Shown here: piece after piece, positions 61,824 to 64,000 of the stretch
Layout: each line of letters starts with the position of its first letter
Position numbering within the stretch: position 1 is the first letter of the stretch
Notes under the pieces: generated by a model
Database searches by the model: none
What the model saw: only the letters and a program-made list of their open reading frames with translations
Told to the model about the DNA's origin: nothing
Origin: Amphiscolops sp. MND2022
Taxonomy: Eukaryota
Direction: 5' to 3'
DNA: 64,000 bases
Assembly (NCBI GenBank): GCA_964187785.1
Contig: OZ076409.1
Location: 44,952,001 to 45,016,000 of the forward strand
Program-made: the position numbers and the translations under genes

Positions 61824-63534
61824 TTTCACAGTCAGTTTTGAACTTTCTCTTCGTTACATGGAGTTTTACGTTATTACGAGGTTACCTTATTCCGAATAAT
61901 TACTACGTTGATAGAATAATTTTTCATTGGTCAAGACAAATGATTACGTAATTACGAGAGTTATGTTACTCTGACAATGCGCTATTCTGAGGTTCAACTG
62001 TAATTTCTTCAGCTGGAGTTTTACCATTCATTTCACTTACCGTGTATGGCGCTGAAAATCAAATAAATGACATTCAAAGTTCAAGAACTAACAGACATTC
62101 AATTTTTGTAAACCCCCAGCAGGCCCTGCTCGCATACAGCGTGTAATTGAGATCGAAAGTTTGCGCCGCTATGGAAACAGCGTTGTCATTCTTTCTATCT
62201 CTCCAGTAGCATGATAAAAGCGAACTCCAAAGATCGAGTATAACGTGGTGAGACGAATGCCAGCGCTTTTTTCGACCATACGCCTCCTCCTCAGTCAAAC
62301 GCAAATTACTTCGGGTATAACGTCAAAAGTTCGGATATAGCGTACTGTGACAAATGGGAGTCTCGAACATCACCTCCAAAAGTCGGATAGTATTTAAAAA
62401 AATATTGGGATATATATTGAGGAAACCTAATTTCGGACAAAAAATGAGTGCCGAAAATTTTAACCTTTTGAGATTTTTCAACATCCATTCTGTTGCAAAA
62501 TATTAAAACATATGACGGGGGACATTAATAATTTTTCGAAAAGGAGATATGAGAATTTTGAGCAGTCCCATAGTGCCGAAAAATGTAAAAGGGAGAACAA
62601 TTTGGGATTTTTAGCATCCATTATGTTGCAAAATAAATTTAAAAAATTTAAGGGAAGTTTTCGGAACCTTGTGAAGGGACCGTAGTTTTGTGTAGCATTT
62701 AGGTCGCCCCGCAACGAAGGAGTTTCATTTTCAACTAGTAAAATTTGACAGTTCTTCGTTTCGGTTTCAATGCTTCAATTTTATTGGGTCAGCAAAAGGA
62801 TTTTCTTTTGTCAGAAAGGATCAAAATACATTATTGCGAGAGCCTATAATTTGGTTCTTGGCGGCAAGACTTGAACTCGATAAGAAACATGGTCAGATTT
62901 CTTTATTAGAAACATTGAATCCAGTTGTTTCATGCAACTTAATTTTTCCATGCATTTTACTTCCACATTTGACATAGTTTTATTGAGGCACTGGCGCACG
63001 GAAAGTTGTGGTCTTCTCCAAAAATGCTTGAAAATGTGGACCTCAAAAGATGCGTCACATATATTAAGTAAGTAGGGAAGAGCCAAGTCGGCGCTGACCA
63101 ATTATTGGATCACGGTGCCAACAAATCCAATCATGAGCACAAGACCGCCAAATTACGTAATGACAAACGAAATGAACTTCGAGGCCCCGCTAAATTAGTG
63201 GAGGTGGAGAAAAGAGTTTTTTGAATCGATCATCCAATTCAAAATATGCACGCTAATTATTACACGAGATTGATTTTTCAAGCCATTATCATCACTTGCT
63301 CCGTTTTGTGGCATATAATGAGTCAAGCTTCATACGTTCGACTACCCATGCGAAAATCATACACAGCAATAGATCATTACTGAAATAGAAAAATTATATT
63401 TTTAAATTGAAGCATGAAGATTGTTTGAAGCCTCATCAGCTTATACTTCATAGGAGGTCAACCTACAACTGAAGCCATGTATTGAAAATAGACCCAAGTT
63501 TCATTTTGAAAATAAAAATTGGAAGTAAACTTAC

Positions 63535-64000
63535 CCAAATTAAGTGTTATAGGTTGTCCGCCATTGGAGCCGTTTAAAGCAGATGCCGGAAGTTGAACCA
63601 CGTATTGCACGTCACCACCAGAAGTTGAATGTCTTTTTTGGTTATTTTTATTAGCTTCCTCGCGGGGGACAATGTCTATTAAGAAATCAAACATATCGTA
63701 TTTAGAAACAGCAGAGGCAACATCGTTCTTCTGTAAGGTTCTTCGTTTACTCTCTTCTGTATGTATCCACGCCCTGGTTGTTAACTCAGCCACAAACAAC
63801 TCACAGGCCTTGGCGAAAATGATGGGAGCTTCAGCTGATATCATCTTAACATCTTCGTCTAGTTTCATTATTTTCTTTATTCTCGCCAAAGGTAATTCCT
63901 GATCCTTGAAGTCAGTGTTTGGATTCAAATTCATACAATCCTCCATGCAGCGATGCCAGAAAGTGTCCAGGAGATGTTGACCTTCATTTGTTGGCTCTTC
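63535..64000 (-). CDS. NFYC: Nuclear transcription factor Y subunit gamma, histone-fold exon (starts beyond right edge)
   Basis: ...LDTFWHRCMED...QELPLARIKKIMKLDEDVKMISAEAPIIFAKACELF...RRTLQKNDVASAVSKYDMFDFLIDIVPREE; donor TTG G|gtaagt at 63535. Confidence 0.96.

Noticed and set aside
63458..63534. C-terminal tail of the 162 aa NF-YC ORF (KFTSNFYFQ...)
   Set aside because: Read-through into the intron past a canonical G|gtaagt donor

Overview
AT-rich, repeat-dense animal genomic DNA with spliceosomal GT-AG introns; not prokaryotic, and no CRISPR, rRNA or complete tRNA seen. Host genes are all on the minus strand: (1) an estrogen-related receptor (ERR/NR3B), 4 exons from 16647 running off the left edge; (2) two tandem, divergent, catalytic-domain-only phytochelatin-synthase-like (PCS, papain-fold Cys-His-Asp) paralogs at about 26988-36127 and 38433-43652; (3) the 3' part of NF-YC (55042 to beyond 64000). 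Both PCS-like paralogs have their last exon split by a mobile element. Copy 1 is split by a 7.6 kb hAT-like TIR-bounded insertion whose ends supply an exact frame- and length-preserving GT-AG pair (candidate transposon-generated intron). Copy 2 is split by a near-intact CR1/L2-group LINE carrying a 2A-like DxExNPGP motif. The remainder comprises many non-autonomous Helentron/DINE-1-like elements (two families), two decayed Tc1-type transposons (DD34E and DD37E-like), an RTE-like LINE with a zinc-finger array, a pogo/Tigger remnant, MITEs, tRNA-derived SINEs, diverged ~180 bp arrays and two tandem duplications (799 bp and ~2.88 kb). Exon models were read by eye from splice signals and protein motifs; no database searches were run.
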